A DNA stretch of 64,000 bases from Pseudomonadota bacterium (GCA_027623205.1 JAQBYC010000001.1:121-64120), one strand, 5' to 3'; positions 30,626-41,787 are shown, counted from the stretch's first letter. The notes: a model not told the origin generated them from the letters alone. Program-made: numbers and translations.

Positions 30626-33313
30626 ATGCCGGAATTTCATCAGCTGCCTCTGGCGGATCTTTTTCAGGAGTTGGGCGGTTCCGAGCGGGGTCTGACCGAG
30701 TTGGAGGCCCGGCGCCGGCTACAGGAACACGGGCGCAACGAATTGCGCGTGCAGGAGGGCGCGACGGAATTCGTCAAATTTCTACGCCAGTTCAAGAACT
30801 TCTTCGCGCTGCTTCTGATCGTTGGCGGCCTGCTCGCGGTGCTTGCCGAACAACTCGATCCGGCGCAGGGAAATCTCTACATCGCCATCGCGCTCTTTGC
30901 CGTGGTCCTGTTGAACGCGGTTTTTACCTATTTCCAGGAACGTCAGAGCGAACGGATCATGGAAAGCTTCAAGCAGATGCTGCCAGCCATGGTCACGGTT
31001 CTGCGTGACGGCGCGGCCCGAAGACTGGAGGCGCAATACCTGGTGCCGGGGGATGTCATCATTCTGCACGAAGGGGACCGGGTGCCGGCCGACGGCCGCC
31101 TTATAGAGAGCAGCGAGTTGAAGGTTGACCAGTCCAGTCTGACGGGCGAAAGCGAGCCGCAACCGCGCGATCCCAACCTCAGCCACGAGGCCATTCTGGA
31201 AAGCGCCAATATGGTGTTCTCCGGAACCCTCGTACACAACGGCGAAGGCAAGGTTCTGGTCTGCAATACAGGCATGTCGACGCAGATCGGAAATATCGTT
31301 GCCTTGACCAAGGCCACGGCAGAGACCGAAACGCCGATCCACCGGGAGCTTGCATATTTCATCAAGGTGATCAGCGCGATCGCGATTTTCCTCGGCGTCG
31401 CGTTCTTTCTTGTCAGCGTCGGGATCGGCAAGGGCGCCATCGGCAGCCTGATCTTCGCGATCGGCATAATTGTTGCGAATGTGCCCGAAGGCCTTTTGCC
31501 GACGGTGACGCTTGCGCTCACCATGGCGAGCAAGCGGATGGCGCGCAAGAACGCCCTGATCAAGAACCTGGAGAGCGTCGAGACGCTGGGCAGCACAACG
31601 GTCATCTGTACCGACAAGACCGGCACCCTGACGCAGAACCGACTGGGCGTGAACACGCTTATACTGGGCGGACAGGAGTATGCGGTCGTCGATCACGGGG
31701 CCATCGACCACCCCGGGCTGGAGCCCGTCTTGCAGGCCATGGCGCTGTGCAACAACGCCTATCTCGCCGACGGCGGTTTTTCGGGTGACGCAACCGACGG
31801 CGCGCTGTTGTTGTGCGTCAATCAATTCGCCGATCTCGAAGCGATCCGCCGCGCCCGAAAAATTGCCGAGCAGCCATTCAATTCCACGGCGAAGCGAATG
31901 ATTACCGTCACCGAGCCACCGGGCGGTGGACCGGCGCGCGCGCATCTTAAGGGCGCCCCGGAGGTCGTGCTCGAGATGTGTGATCGGATCATGATCAATG
32001 GCGAGACGGTACCGTTGAGCAGCGCCCGCCGCGATCAGGTCATCGATGACTATGGCAAGCTGGCGGGCCGGGGCGAACGTGGCCTTGCCTTTGCATTCCG
32101 GCCGGTGCAGGGCGCCGGCATTCCCGAGGCAGGCTACATTTTCATCGGCCTCGCCGGCATGATCGATCCGCCACGGCCCGAAGTTCCCGACGCGCTGGCC
32201 AGATGCCGCGGCGCGGGCATCAAGGTGGTCATGCTAACCGGCGATTATGGCCTCACCGCGCAAACCATTGCCCGCCAGATCGGGTTGCTTTCAGGCCAGG
32301 GCACGATCGTTCACGGCAACGAGCTGGCTGTCATGGGGGACGCCGAGTTGGCGGCAATCCTCAAGGCCGGGGACGAGCTGATCTTCGCGCGCATCGCGCC
32401 GACACAAAAGCTGCGTGTGGTGCAGGCGTTTCAGGCGCTGGGCGACATCGTTACCGTCACGGGGGACGGCGTCAACGACGCGCCGGCGCTGAAGAACGCG
32501 GACATGGGCGTCGCCATGGGGCTTATGGGCACCGATGTCGCCAAGGAGGCGAGCGACATGGTGCTGATGGACGATAATTTCGCGACCATCGTCAGCGCCG
32601 TCGAGGAGGGGCGCACGATTTTCGACAATACCAAGAAGTTCATCGCGTATATTCTGACGAGCAATATTCCCCAAATCCTGCCGTTCATCGCTTATGTCCT
32701 CTTGGATATTCCATTGCCGCTTACGGTGGTCTTGATCCTTAGCATTGATCTCGGCACCGACATCGTGCCGGCGCTTGGGCTCGGCGCGGAACTGCCTGAA
32801 ACGGATGTGATGAAGAAAGCGCCGCGCCGGCGCGACGAACGTCTGCTGTCACGAAATTTGCTGCTGATGAGCTATGGCGTAATCGGTATGATTCAGGCAG
32901 CTGCCGGTTTTTTCAGCTATTTCGTCATACTCCATGGGGGCGGCTGGCAATGGGGTCAGGAGCTGTCATCCACGGATCCGCTTTACCGGGCCGCCATCAC
33001 GGGCTTCTTCGCCTCGATCATCATTTGCCAGATCGCCGATGTCATCATCTGCAGGACGCGGCGTCAGAGCCTCCTGACGGTCGGTTTTTTGACCAACCGG
33101 CTGGTTCTGCTCGGCATCGGAACCGAGCTATTGCTCCTGGCGCTTATTGCCTATGTGCCTGCGTTCAATGTCTTCTTCGGAACCGCGCCGCTTGACGCCT
33201 GGCAACTTGCCTTGAGCATTCCATTCGCGCTTCTCATTCTGCTCGGCGACGAACTGCGCCGCGCATTTGTGCGCAAAGAGAATGCCTTTGTCCTTAAATG
33301 GCTGACCTGGTGA
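30626..33313 (+). CDS. Cation-transporting P-type ATPase (P2/P3-type)
   Basis: ATG at 30626 after AAGAGGACC; motifs LTGES, PEGL, DKTGTLT and GDGVNDAPAL; about 10 TM segments. Confidence 0.85.
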   Translation: MPEFHQLPLADLFQELGGSERGLTELEARRRLQEHGRNELRVQEGATEFVKFLRQFKNFFALLLIVGGLLAVLAEQLDPAQGNLYIAIALFAVVLLNAVFTYFQERQSERIMESFKQMLPAMVTVLRDGAARRLEAQYLVPGDVIILHEGDRVPADGRLIESSELKVDQSSLTGESEPQPRDPNLSHEAILESANMVFSGTLVHNGEGKVLVCNTGMSTQIGNIVALTKATAETETPIHRELAYFIKVISAIAIFLGVAFFLVSVGIGKGAIGSLIFAIGIIVANVPEGLLPTVTLALTMASKRMARKNALIKNLESVETLGSTTVICTDKTGTLTQNRLGVNTLILGGQEYAVVDHGAIDHPGLEPVLQAMALCNNAYLADGGFSGDATDGALLLCVNQFADLEAIRRARKIAEQPFNSTAKRMITVTEPPGGGPARAHLKGAPEVVLEMCDRIMINGETVPLSSARRDQVIDDYGKLAGRGERGLAFAFRPVQGAGIPEAGYIFIGLAGMIDPPRPEVPDALARCRGAGIKVVMLTGDYGLTAQTIARQIGLLSGQGTIVHGNELAVMGDAELAAILKAGDELIFARIAPTQKLRVVQAFQALGDIVTVTGDGVNDAPALKNADMGVAMGLMGTDVAKEASDMVLMDDNFATIVSAVEEGRTIFDNTKKFIAYILTSNIPQILPFIAYVLLDIPLPLTVVLILSIDLGTDIVPALGLGAELPETDVMKKAPRRRDERLLSRNLLLMSYGVIGMIQAAAGFFSYFVILHGGGWQWGQELSSTDPLYRAAITGFFASIIICQIADVIICRTRRQSLLTVGFLTNRLVLLGIGTELLLLALIAYVPAFNVFFGTAPLDAWQLALSIPFALLILLGDELRRAFVRKENAFVLKWLTW

Positions 33314-33367
33314 GGTGCGCCAACCAGGGCATGTTCAAGGGCCCCCGAAGCCGCTGGGACATTGATC

Positions 33368-34261
33368 CTATTTGGCCAGATGCTTACGCACCAGATCCAG
33401 AAACACGTCCAGACGGTCATGATGGGACCAGTGGCCGGCGCCTTCGATACTGGCCACCGAGGCGTTTTGGAATGGCGCCAGGCGGCCGTCTTCCTCGGGG
33501 TCCGAGGCCCAGCTTTCGGTGCCCCGGATCAGCAGGGTGGGGCAGGTGATGCGTGACCACAGGTGCCGCACCTCATCCTGGCTCAGACCGTAGGGGCGGA
33601 ATATCCGCACATAATTGTCAAACTTCCAGCTATAGCTGCCGTCCTCGTTCTGGTTGGCGCCATGCACGGTCAAATGCCGGGCCTGCGCCTCCGACAAATG
33701 GGGGTTTTCCTCCTGCATGCGGCGAAAGGCGTCTTCCAGGCTGGCGTAACGGCGGGGCGCGCGCCCGGACAGCTTGCGCAATTCCTGGGCCCAATCGTCC
33801 AGACGCACATCGATGCTTTTGCCGGCATTCTTCGCCAGCATGGCGGGCGAGGCGCCCAAGCCCTCGATCGCCACCAGGCTCTTGACGCTCTCGGGATACA
33901 GGCCGGCATATTGCAGGCTGATCATGCCGCCCAGGGAATGGCTGAGGATGGTCACCGGCGCCATGTTCTTCTGGTCGACCAACTGGGCGATGTCATAGAC
34001 ATATTCGGGCATGGTATAGCTGCCGCCCATGCTCCATTGGCTGTCGCCGTGGCCGCGCAGATCAGGGGCGATGATGTGATATTCGTCGCGAAAGGCTTCC
34101 GCCACCCAGTCCCAGTTGCGGCAATGGTCCCTGCCGCCATGCACCAACAGCATGGACGGGGCGCCCTCGTTGCCCCAATCCACGTAATGCAGGCGCAGGC
34201 GCTGCGAGAAGTAAACGTGGCTGGCGGGGCCGGAAGTGATTTTTGGCACGCTCTGCTCCAT
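33368..34261 (-). CDS. Alpha/beta-fold hydrolase
   Basis: HGG oxyanion motif and SHSLGG nucleophile elbow over 297 aa. Confidence 0.7.
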   Translation of the reverse strand: MEQSVPKITSGPASHVYFSQRLRLHYVDWGNEGAPSMLLVHGGRDHCRNWDWVAEAFRDEYHIIAPDLRGHGDSQWSMGGSYTMPEYVYDIAQLVDQKNMAPVTILSHSLGGMISLQYAGLYPESVKSLVAIEGLGASPAMLAKNAGKSIDVRLDDWAQELRKLSGRAPRRYASLEDAFRRMQEENPHLSEAQARHLTVHGANQNEDGSYSWKFDNYVRIFRPYGLSQDEVRHLWSRITCPTLLIRGTESWASDPEEDGRLAPFQNASVASIEGAGHWSHHDRLDVFLDLVRKHLAK

Positions 34262-34265
34262 TCCG

Positions 34266-35288
34266 TCAGGCAGCTATTTTCATATACCGGGCAATCAGGG
34301 TTTCGGCAATCTGCACGGCGTTCAGGGCCGCGCCCTTGCGCAAATTGTCGGACACCACCCAGATGTTCAGGCCGTTCTCCACCGTCGGATCGGTCCGGAT
34401 GCGCGAAATGAAGGTGGCGTATTCACCAACACATTCCACGGGCGTGACATAGCCGCCGTCCTCGCGCTTATCCACCACCATGCAACCTGGCGCTTCGCGC
34501 AGAATGTCACGCGCTTCGTCATCACTGATAGGCCGCTCGAACTCTATATTGATGGCTTCGGCATGACCCACAAAGGTCGGCACCCGCACACAGGTCGCGG
34601 ACAGCTTGATCCTTGGATCCAGGATCTTCTTGGTTTCGGCGGTCATCTTCCATTCTTCCCTGGTCTCGCCGCTGTCCATGAAGACGTCGATATGCGGGAT
34701 CACGTTAAACGCGATTTGCTTGGAAAAATGCCGCGGACTGGGCTGATCGTTGACGTAAATGCCCTTGGTCTGAATGAATAATTCATCCATGGACTCCCGC
34801 CCCGCGCCGGAAACCGATTGATAGGTCGCGACGACCACGCGCTTGACGACGGCATGATCATGCAAAGGCTTCAATGCCACCACCAACTGGGCCGTGGAAC
34901 AGTTGGGATTGGCAACGATGTTGCGCTGGCCGAAGCCGGCCAGAGCGCCTGGGTTAACCTCCGGCACCACCAATGGGACGTCGGGATCCATGCGGAAGGC
35001 TGATGAATTGTCGATTACCACACAGCCCGCCTCGGCCGCGACCGGTGCCCATTGGCGCGAGACATCACCCCCCGCGGAGAACAAGGCAATATCGACCTGG
35101 GAGAAATCGAAAGTCTCCAGCGCCTTGACCTTAAGAAGTTTGTCGCCAAGGTATGCCTCTTTGCCTACCGATCGGGTCGAGGCCAATGCCACGACCTCGT
35201 CGGCGGGAAAGAGCCGCTCATGCAGAATATTCAACATCTCCCGGCCCACATTCCCGGTGGCGCCGACCACTGCGACCTTGACACCCAT
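34266..35288 (-). CDS. asd: Aspartate-semialdehyde dehydrogenase
   Basis: VAVVGATGNVG NAD(P) motif, active-site NPNCST block, 340 aa. Confidence 0.9.
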   Translation of the reverse strand: MGVKVAVVGATGNVGREMLNILHERLFPADEVVALASTRSVGKEAYLGDKLLKVKALETFDFSQVDIALFSAGGDVSRQWAPVAAEAGCVVIDNSSAFRMDPDVPLVVPEVNPGALAGFGQRNIVANPNCSTAQLVVALKPLHDHAVVKRVVVATYQSVSGAGRESMDELFIQTKGIYVNDQPSPRHFSKQIAFNVIPHIDVFMDSGETREEWKMTAETKKILDPRIKLSATCVRVPTFVGHAEAINIEFERPISDDEARDILREAPGCMVVDKREDGGYVTPVECVGEYATFISRIRTDPTVENGLNIWVVSDNLRKGAALNAVQIAETLIARYMKIAA

Positions 35289-35386
35289 ATCACTGGTTCC
35301 TTGTCTGATACGACCTGTTCAAAAAGACGCCCCTCAATACCGTTTAACCGTGGTCGGCTTCAAGCGCTTAATCCGGCAGCCCGACG

Positions 35387-35452
35387 GTGTTTGGGACATT
35401 GTCAGGTCAAGTGGTCCGACTTCAATTGTGTCTTCAGTGTCGCATGTCGGGA
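35387..35452 (+). repeat. Second short repeat family, copy 1 (44 nt identical plus about 22 nt similar to the copy at 43155-43215)
   Basis: AAGTGGTCCGACTTCAATTGTGTCTTCAGTGTCGCATGTCGGGA is identical at 35409-35452 and 43172-43215; upstream GGGACATT extension is similar. Confidence 0.8.
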
Positions 35453-35588
35453 GGCAAACAATCCTGCGCTGACTTCGCATAGACCGATCGGACGACGAGA
35501 GCGGAAGCAGCGGCGTTCCAAGTCGCCAGGCTCTGGGCAACGCTTCCTGAATGGGCGTCTATGCGGTCCTTTGTGGCCACTTTCCTAT

Positions 35589-35693
35589 TAGAGCAATTTT
35601 CAATTAACTGGAGTCGCTCTCGCGACCTAAGTAATTGGTTCAATTTCTCTATTCTTAACGAGTCTGAGCACGTTTTAAGGAAACATGCTCTAA
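35589..35693 (+). repeat. Dispersed MITE/REP-like element, copy E (full length, forward)
   Basis: TAGAGCAATTTTCAATTAACTGGAGTCGCTCTCGCGACCTAAGTAATTGGTTCAATTTCTCTATTC...GCACGTTTTAAGGAAACATGCTCTAA. Confidence 0.85.
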
Positions 35694-35784
35694 CGCGACA
35701 ATGCCGACGTAACGCCCAAGCGCGTGGGCTTTAGCGAACGATACGTTGCTGAAAATATGGTGGGCAATCGTGAACCCTGTATCA

Positions 35785-36477
35785 TCAACCCTCGACATCG
35801 AGGGCATAGCCGGCGCCGCGGACGGTGCGGATCGGGTCCACGCCGTCGGCCAGATAGAGAGCTTGTCGCAGGCGGCGGATATGAACGTCCACGGAGCGGT
35901 CCTCGATGTGCACATCTCTGCCCCAGGCCAAATCGAGCAGTTGGGCGCGGGAGAGGACACGGCCGGGACGTTCCATCAAGCTTTGGAGCAAGCGGTATTC
36001 CGTCGGTCCGAGGTGAATTGGCCGGCCCTTCCGCGTTACCTTGTGCTGTGCCAGATCCATAATGATACCGGCATGTTCCAGCGTCTCCCCGGCCAGCGCC
36101 GGGCGGCTGCGGCGCAAGAGAGCCCAGACCCGCGCCACCATCTCCGCCGGCGAATACGGCTTGACCACGTAGTCATCCGCGCCCGTCTCCAGCCCGCGGA
36201 CCCGGTCGCCCTCTTCCCCCCGGGCGGTTAGCATAATAATGGGCAGGCGCTTGGTCTCTGGCCTGGCCCTGAGGCGCCGGCAAACCTCAATCCCGGAGAC
36301 CTTGGGCAGCATCCAATCAAGAATGATCAGGTCGGGTTCGACCTCCGCGACCAGCAACAAGGCGCGCTCGCCATTGTCGGCCGCCACGATCCGGAAACCC
36401 GCCTTTTCCAGATTGTAGGAAAGCACCTCGACTTGCGCCGGTTCGTCCTCGACGATGTAGATCAGCGGCTGCGTCAA
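35785..36477 (-). CDS. phoB: Phosphate regulon response regulator PhoB
   Basis: REC domain with D...D...K pattern plus an OmpR/PhoB winged-helix C-terminal domain; 230 aa; sits in the pho-pst cluster. Confidence 0.9.
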   Translation of the reverse strand: MTQPLIYIVEDEPAQVEVLSYNLEKAGFRIVAADNGERALLLVAEVEPDLIILDWMLPKVSGIEVCRRLRARPETKRLPIIMLTARGEEGDRVRGLETGADDYVVKPYSPAEMVARVWALLRRSRPALAGETLEHAGIIMDLAQHKVTRKGRPIHLGPTEYRLLQSLMERPGRVLSRAQLLDLAWGRDVHIEDRSVDVHIRRLRQALYLADGVDPIRTVRGAGYALDVEG

Positions 36478-37232
36478 GTTTCCGGCCTTTCCCCATCGGC
36501 CTTGGCGCCCGCCGGCGCCCCGTCCGTATCGACGGCGGTGAAGCTGGTGTTATCGCCCTTGGGGCGCAAATCTCCCGGCAAATCGCCTAGGATCATGAAA
36601 TGCACTTGCTCGGCAATGCCGGTCACGTGATCGCCAATCCGCTCCACGTTCTTGGCCACGAACAACAGGTGTGTCGCGACCGTGATATTGCGGGGGTCTT
36701 CCATCATGTAGGTCAACAGTTCGCGAAACAGGCTTGTGTAAACCTGATCGACTTCCTGGTCGCGAATGCGAACGTCATCCGCCTTGGCAGCGTCGCGCTG
36801 GATATAGGCATCCAGCACATTTTTGATCATCGCCTGGACCAACACCGCCATGCGCGCGATCGACTGCGCCGTGCCTCCCAATGGCGGACCCTTGGCCAGG
36901 ACGAAGGTCCGCTTGGCGACGTTCTTCGCATAATCACCGATCCGTTCCAGGCTGGAAGAGATTTTTAGCGCCGCGACGATGATGCGCAGATCGTCAGCCA
37001 TCGGTTGACGCAAGGCCAGCAATCGGATCGTGAAGGTGTGCAAATCGTTCTCGATGGCATCGATACGCTGGTCCCGTTCGACGATACGTCCGGCCAGTTC
37101 CACATCGCGGCGCAGCAACGCCTCAATGGCATCGGCCAATTGTGCTTCCGCCAGGCCGCCCATTTCGGCCACCATGTTGTCCAGCGTGGCAAGTTCCTCG
37201 TCGAAGGATTTGACTATATGCTCCGTTTCCAT
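36474..37232 (-). CDS. phoU: Phosphate signalling complex protein PhoU
   Basis: Two PhoU repeats; start METEHIVKSFDEEL at 37232; ATGA overlap with phoB. Confidence 0.85.
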   Translation of the reverse strand: METEHIVKSFDEELATLDNMVAEMGGLAEAQLADAIEALLRRDVELAGRIVERDQRIDAIENDLHTFTIRLLALRQPMADDLRIIVAALKISSSLERIGDYAKNVAKRTFVLAKGPPLGGTAQSIARMAVLVQAMIKNVLDAYIQRDAAKADDVRIRDQEVDQVYTSLFRELLTYMMEDPRNITVATHLLFVAKNVERIGDHVTGIAEQVHFMILGDLPGDLRPKGDNTSFTAVDTDGAPAGAKADGERPET

Positions 37233-37248
37233 TTCATCCGCCCCGTGT

Positions 37249-38046
37249 TCAGCCGATACGACCGGTAATATAAGCCTGTGTCCGCCCATCTACCGGGTTG
37301 GTAAAAATTTGTCCTGTCTCGCCTTGTTCAAGCACCTCGCCCAGATGAAAGAACGCCGTTCTTTGCGAGACGCGTGCCGCCTGCTGCATCGAGTGGGTAA
37401 CGATCACAATGGTGTAGCGCGCGCGAAGCTCGTCGATCAATTCCTCAACCTTGGCGGTGGCGATCGGGTCGAGGGCCGAGCAGGGTTCGTCCATCAGAAT
37501 AACCTCGGGCTCAACGGCGATGGCGCGGGCGATGCAGAGGCGCTGTTGCTGACCACCGGAAAGGCCGGTGCCGGGCTCGTCAAGGCGCTCGCGCACCTCG
37601 TCGATCAGACCGGCCCGCCGCAGGCTGGCTTCGACGATGTCGTCCAGTTCGGCTCGGCTGTCGGCCAGTCCATGGATGCGTGGGCCGTAGGCCACGTTCT
37701 CGTAAATCGATTTCGGGAACGGGTTCGGTTTCTGGAAGACCATGCCGACGCGGGCGCGGAGCTCAACCACATCAATGGCCGGACTGTAGATGTCCTCGCC
37801 ATCAAGGCTGATTTGTCCCGTCACGCGGCAACCATCAATGACATCGTTCATCCGGTTGAGACAACGCAGGAAGGTGCTTTTGCCGCAACCCGACGGCCCG
37901 ATCAGGGCGGTGACTGTATTGGCCTCGATCTGGACATTGACCGAGAACAGCGCCTGCTTATTTCCGTAGCTGACATCAACCCCCGCCGCGCGCATCTTGA
38001 TGTTCGCGGCGGGGGCCTCTTGATTACTCATGGCAATGGCGTTCAT
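37249..38046 (-). CDS. pstB: Phosphate ABC transporter ATP-binding protein PstB
   Basis: Walker [18 protein letters not shown] signature, Walker B ILMDEP. Confidence 0.9.
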   Translation of the reverse strand: MNAIAMSNQEAPAANIKMRAAGVDVSYGNKQALFSVNVQIEANTVTALIGPSGCGKSTFLRCLNRMNDVIDGCRVTGQISLDGEDIYSPAIDVVELRARVGMVFQKPNPFPKSIYENVAYGPRIHGLADSRAELDDIVEASLRRAGLIDEVRERLDEPGTGLSGGQQQRLCIARAIAVEPEVILMDEPCSALDPIATAKVEELIDELRARYTIVIVTHSMQQAARVSQRTAFFHLGEVLEQGETGQIFTNPVDGRTQAYITGRIG

Positions 38047-38062
38047 TCTCGGTCGGTCCTAT

Positions 38063-39361
38063 CTACCAGCGCTGCTCGAACCGCCGCCTTAGCAGCACGG
38101 CAGCAAGATTCATAACAATCAAAAACGCCAACAGGACCACGATCGCCGCCGCGGTGCGCTCGGCAAAGGCCCGCTCGGGCGCGTCCGCCCAAAGAAAAAT
38201 CTGTACCGGTAACACCGTCGCGGGGTCGGTCGGAGACGTGGGCACGTCGACGATAAAGGCGACCATGCCGATCATCAACAACGGCGCCGTTTCGCCAAGG
38301 GCGCGGGCCATACCGATGATGGTACCGGTCAAAATGCCTGGCATGGCCAATGGCAAAACATGGTGCGCCACCACCTGCATGGGGCTGGCGCCAATGCCAA
38401 AGGCGGCATCTCGGATTGATGGTGGCACGGCCTGCAAGGCGGCACGGCCGGCGATGATCACCGTTGGCAACGTCATCAACGCCAATACCATGCCGCCTAC
38501 CAGCGGTGCCGATCGGGGCAGTCCCAGAAAACCAAGCAGGACCGCCAAGCCAAGCAGACCAAAAACGATCGAGGGCACCGCCGCCAGATTGTTGATGTTG
38601 ACTTCGATGAGGTCGGTCCAGCGGTTCCTGGGTGCGAATTCTTCCAGATAAACGGCCGTCATGACACCCAGGGGAAAGGCGATAACGAGACAGATCGAAA
38701 GCGTCAGAAGCGATCCGACGGCGGCGCCCCGGAGACCTGCCAACTCGGGCTCGCGGCTATCTGCCGCCATGAACAGGCGCCAGTTGAACCGCTGCGCCAA
38801 CTGCTCCCGGTTTTCCAGCTTGTCCAGCCACGCGGCCTGTTGGGCGTCGATCCTGTTGCCATGCTGCAAGCCGCCAGCGACCAGTCCCTTGATGTACATG
38901 TCAGCATCATCCGAGGCCGGCAGCCAGACTGTCCGCCGCCCGCCGATCAGGCCCTGATCCGCCAACACCATTTCCCGCAGCTCGAAAGCCGCTCCGGCGC
39001 TCATGATTTTGCGCAGGGCGCGCCGGCCCCGCCGGTCTTTGATCTCGGGAAACAGTTTCCCGAGGCTGATCTTGACGAGCGCATCATAGTTGGCGCGTGC
39101 CAGCGTCGTTGGATTTCGGGTTCCCTCTGGGTCAATCAGCGCTTCGTCAAAATGAATTTCTAGCGCAATCTCCGTTTGGCCAAGCGCCGTATAGGCCTTG
39201 GAGAAAATTGTGGCGAACAGCCCCACAAGAAAGATCAGCGATACCGCCACTGCCACCATGCCGTATGAACGGAAACGCTGCTCCGCCCGCCGCCGCCGCA
39301 GCCGGTCCTTGGATTGGCGCCGTGCCGCTATTACGGCTGGATACTTGACGTTTTCAGTCAT
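38063..39361 (-). CDS. pstA: Phosphate ABC transporter permease PstA
   Basis: Long-form permease with the ABC TM EAA-like loop (ARALGETAPLL); 8-bp overlap with pstC. Confidence 0.85.
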   Translation of the reverse strand: MTENVKYPAVIAARRQSKDRLRRRRAEQRFRSYGMVAVAVSLIFLVGLFATIFSKAYTALGQTEIALEIHFDEALIDPEGTRNPTTLARANYDALVKISLGKLFPEIKDRRGRRALRKIMSAGAAFELREMVLADQGLIGGRRTVWLPASDDADMYIKGLVAGGLQHGNRIDAQQAAWLDKLENREQLAQRFNWRLFMAADSREPELAGLRGAAVGSLLTLSICLVIAFPLGVMTAVYLEEFAPRNRWTDLIEVNINNLAAVPSIVFGLLGLAVLLGFLGLPRSAPLVGGMVLALMTLPTVIIAGRAALQAVPPSIRDAAFGIGASPMQVVAHHVLPLAMPGILTGTIIGMARALGETAPLLMIGMVAFIVDVPTSPTDPATVLPVQIFLWADAPERAFAERTAAAIVVLLAFLIVMNLAAVLLRRRFEQRW

Positions 39362-40733
39362 ACTTCTCTCGATATTTGCGCACAGTCACCAGCGCCACCA
39401 GATTCAACCCCAGCGTCACCACGAATAGCACGAGGCCAAGCGCGAAGGCGGCCAGCGTCTTGGCGCTGTCAAATTCCTGATCGCCAACCAGAAGGGTAGC
39501 GATCTGCACCGTCACGGTGGTCACGGCCTCGAACGGATTGGCCGTCAGGTTCGCCGCCAGGCCCGCTGCCATGACAACGATCATGGTTTCGCCGATGGCC
39601 CGGCTCAGCGCCAGCAGGATGCTGCTGATAATACCGGGCAAGGCCGCGGGCAGCACCACCTGGCGGATCGTCTCCGATCGTGTGGCCCCAAGTCCGTAAG
39701 ACGCCTCGCGCAGGCTTTGCGGCACAGCCGTGATGACATCGTCGGAAAGCGACGAGATGAAGGGAATAATCATGATCCCCATGACGACGCCGGCGGCTAG
39801 TGCGCTTTCGCTGGAAACGTCCAGGCCAAAGAACCCGCCGGCGTCACGGATCAAAGGTGCGACCGTCAGCGCCGCGAAGAACCCGTACACAACGGTCGGA
39901 ATACCGGCCAGAATTTCCAGCACCGGTTTGATCACGTCGCGGACCGGTTTCGCCGCGTATTCCGCCAGATAAATCGCCGAAAAGAGACCGGCCGGCACCG
40001 CTACTGCCATTGCGATCACACTAATTAGCAGCGTGCCGGCAAAGATCGGAACCGCGCCAAAGCGACCGGAAGAGCCCACCTGATCGGTCCTTAGCGCGGT
40101 CTGCGGGCTCCAATCAAGGCCAAACAAAAAGTCCCAGACCGGCACTTTCTCGAAGAACCGTATTGTTTCAAACAGCAGCGAGAGCACAATGCCAATGGTG
40201 GTGAAGACCGCCAGCGTCGAACTGACGATCAGGGCAACGCGGATACTGCGCTCCACCGCGCGTCGGGCGGCGAAGGTCGGCGCCACCACACGCCAGCCGC
40301 GCCATAGCCCGGCGCCGGCAACCATGAGACTGATAACGGCAAGAGACACAACGGCGATTTGGCGCAGACCGAGATAACGTTGCGCCGCCTCACTCATGGC
40401 GGCATCACTTGTGCCGAGGTCGATGCCCCGCGCCAAATTGTGAATGTTATCATAGATCAGTGCCAGGCGTTCCGCTGGCAGCGCCTTGAGGTCTGAGGGC
40501 AAGGCGGAGAGCACTAGCCAGCGGATCGCCGGCGGTTCCAAGGCCAGCCAGATGGCAATGAGCGCCAGTGCCGGCAGGCCGCACCAGAGCAGCACATAGC
40601 CGCCGTAGTGGTTCGGCAGCGAGTGCAACGCCTTGGCGTGGCCGCCGGCGAGAGCCAGGGCCCGGCCGCGTCCCATCCGAAATCCGATCGCGGCCAGCGC
40701 CAGGATCGCGATGATGATAAGTAGATTGGACAT
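39354..40733 (-). CDS. pstC: Phosphate ABC transporter permease PstC
   Basis: Polytopic permease with SRAIGETMIVV EAA-like motif; position between pstS and pstA. Confidence 0.85.
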   Translation of the reverse strand: MSNLLIIIAILALAAIGFRMGRGRALALAGGHAKALHSLPNHYGGYVLLWCGLPALALIAIWLALEPPAIRWLVLSALPSDLKALPAERLALIYDNIHNLARGIDLGTSDAAMSEAAQRYLGLRQIAVVSLAVISLMVAGAGLWRGWRVVAPTFAARRAVERSIRVALIVSSTLAVFTTIGIVLSLLFETIRFFEKVPVWDFLFGLDWSPQTALRTDQVGSSGRFGAVPIFAGTLLISVIAMAVAVPAGLFSAIYLAEYAAKPVRDVIKPVLEILAGIPTVVYGFFAALTVAPLIRDAGGFFGLDVSSESALAAGVVMGIMIIPFISSLSDDVITAVPQSLREASYGLGATRSETIRQVVLPAALPGIISSILLALSRAIGETMIVVMAAGLAANLTANPFEAVTTVTVQIATLLVGDQEFDSAKTLAAFALGLVLFVVTLGLNLVALVTVRKYREKYD

Positions 40734-40758
40734 CGGCCGGGCCTAATCTCGGTTTGGC

Positions 40759-41787
40759 TCACATGGACAGGTTGGCAAGAGCCGCCGCCTGGGCCCGGAC
40801 CTTGGCGCGCTCCGCATCCGGCAATGGGATCAGTCCCTTATCCGCCAGGTAGCCATCGGGCCCCCAGGCCTTGTCGGCGGTGAACTCGGCCACGAAGTCG
40901 CGCAGACCAGGGACGGTCCCCACATGGGCTTTTTTGACGTAGAAGTAGAGAGAGCGGGAGACCGGATATTGGCCCGCCGCGATGGCCTCGAATTCCGGCA
41001 TGCTGCCGTTGACCCGGCTGCCTTGCAGCTTGTCGGCGTTCTGATCCAGAAAGCTAAAGCCGAAGATGCCGAAGGCGGCCGGGTTGGTCTCCAGCTTCTG
41101 CACGATCAAATTATCGTTCTCGCCCGCTTCAATGAAGGCACCGTCTTCGCGCAAGGTATGGGCAACCGCCTTGAACCGCTTTTTGTCCGCCTTGCGCATG
41201 GCAGCCAGCATTGGAAAGGTCTTGGCTCCGCCTTCCAAGGCCAGTTCGACGAAGGCATCACGCGTGCCGGAGGTTGGCGGAGGGCCCAGAACCTCGATCT
41301 TGCTCATGGGCAGCGAAACATCGATGTCGCGCCACGTCATGTATGGGTTCGCCACCAGCTTGCCGTCCACCGGCACGTCTTTGGCCAGAGCCAGGAAGAG
41401 CTGCTTGAGGCTTATTGACATCAAGCCGGACTTTCGGGAGTTGGCCAGCACGATGCCGTCAAAGCCGATCTTGACCTCGACGATATTGACGACGCCGTTT
41501 TTGGCGCAGCGCTGAACCTCGGACGTCTTGATCCTTCGGGATGCGTTGGTGATGTCGGGATAGTCAACACCAAGGCCGGCGCAGAACAGTTTCAAGCCGC
41601 CGCCCGAACCGGTGCTCTCCACCACGGGGGTTTTAAAACTGCTGGTCTTGCCGAAGTGTTCGGCGACCGCGGTGGCGAAAGGGAAGACGGTGCTGGAACC
41701 GACGACCCGGATCTGGTCCCGCGCGGCGGCGGCGTTGGTGATCATCACCGCCGCCAAGGCTGCCAGTGCCAATGATTGCTTGAGCAT
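40759..41787 (-). CDS. pstS: Phosphate ABC transporter substrate-binding protein PstS
   Basis: Signal peptide; PBP-fold phosphate-binding family (VVGSSTVFPFATAVAE...TSGTRDAF). Confidence 0.85.
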   Translation of the reverse strand: MLKQSLALAALAAVMITNAAAARDQIRVVGSSTVFPFATAVAEHFGKTSSFKTPVVESTGSGGGLKLFCAGLGVDYPDITNASRRIKTSEVQRCAKNGVVNIVEVKIGFDGIVLANSRKSGLMSISLKQLFLALAKDVPVDGKLVANPYMTWRDIDVSLPMSKIEVLGPPPTSGTRDAFVELALEGGAKTFPMLAAMRKADKKRFKAVAHTLREDGAFIEAGENDNLIVQKLETNPAAFGIFGFSFLDQNADKLQGSRVNGSMPEFEAIAAGQYPVSRSLYFYVKKAHVGTVPGLRDFVAEFTADKAWGPDGYLADKGLIPLPDAERAKVRAQAAALANLSM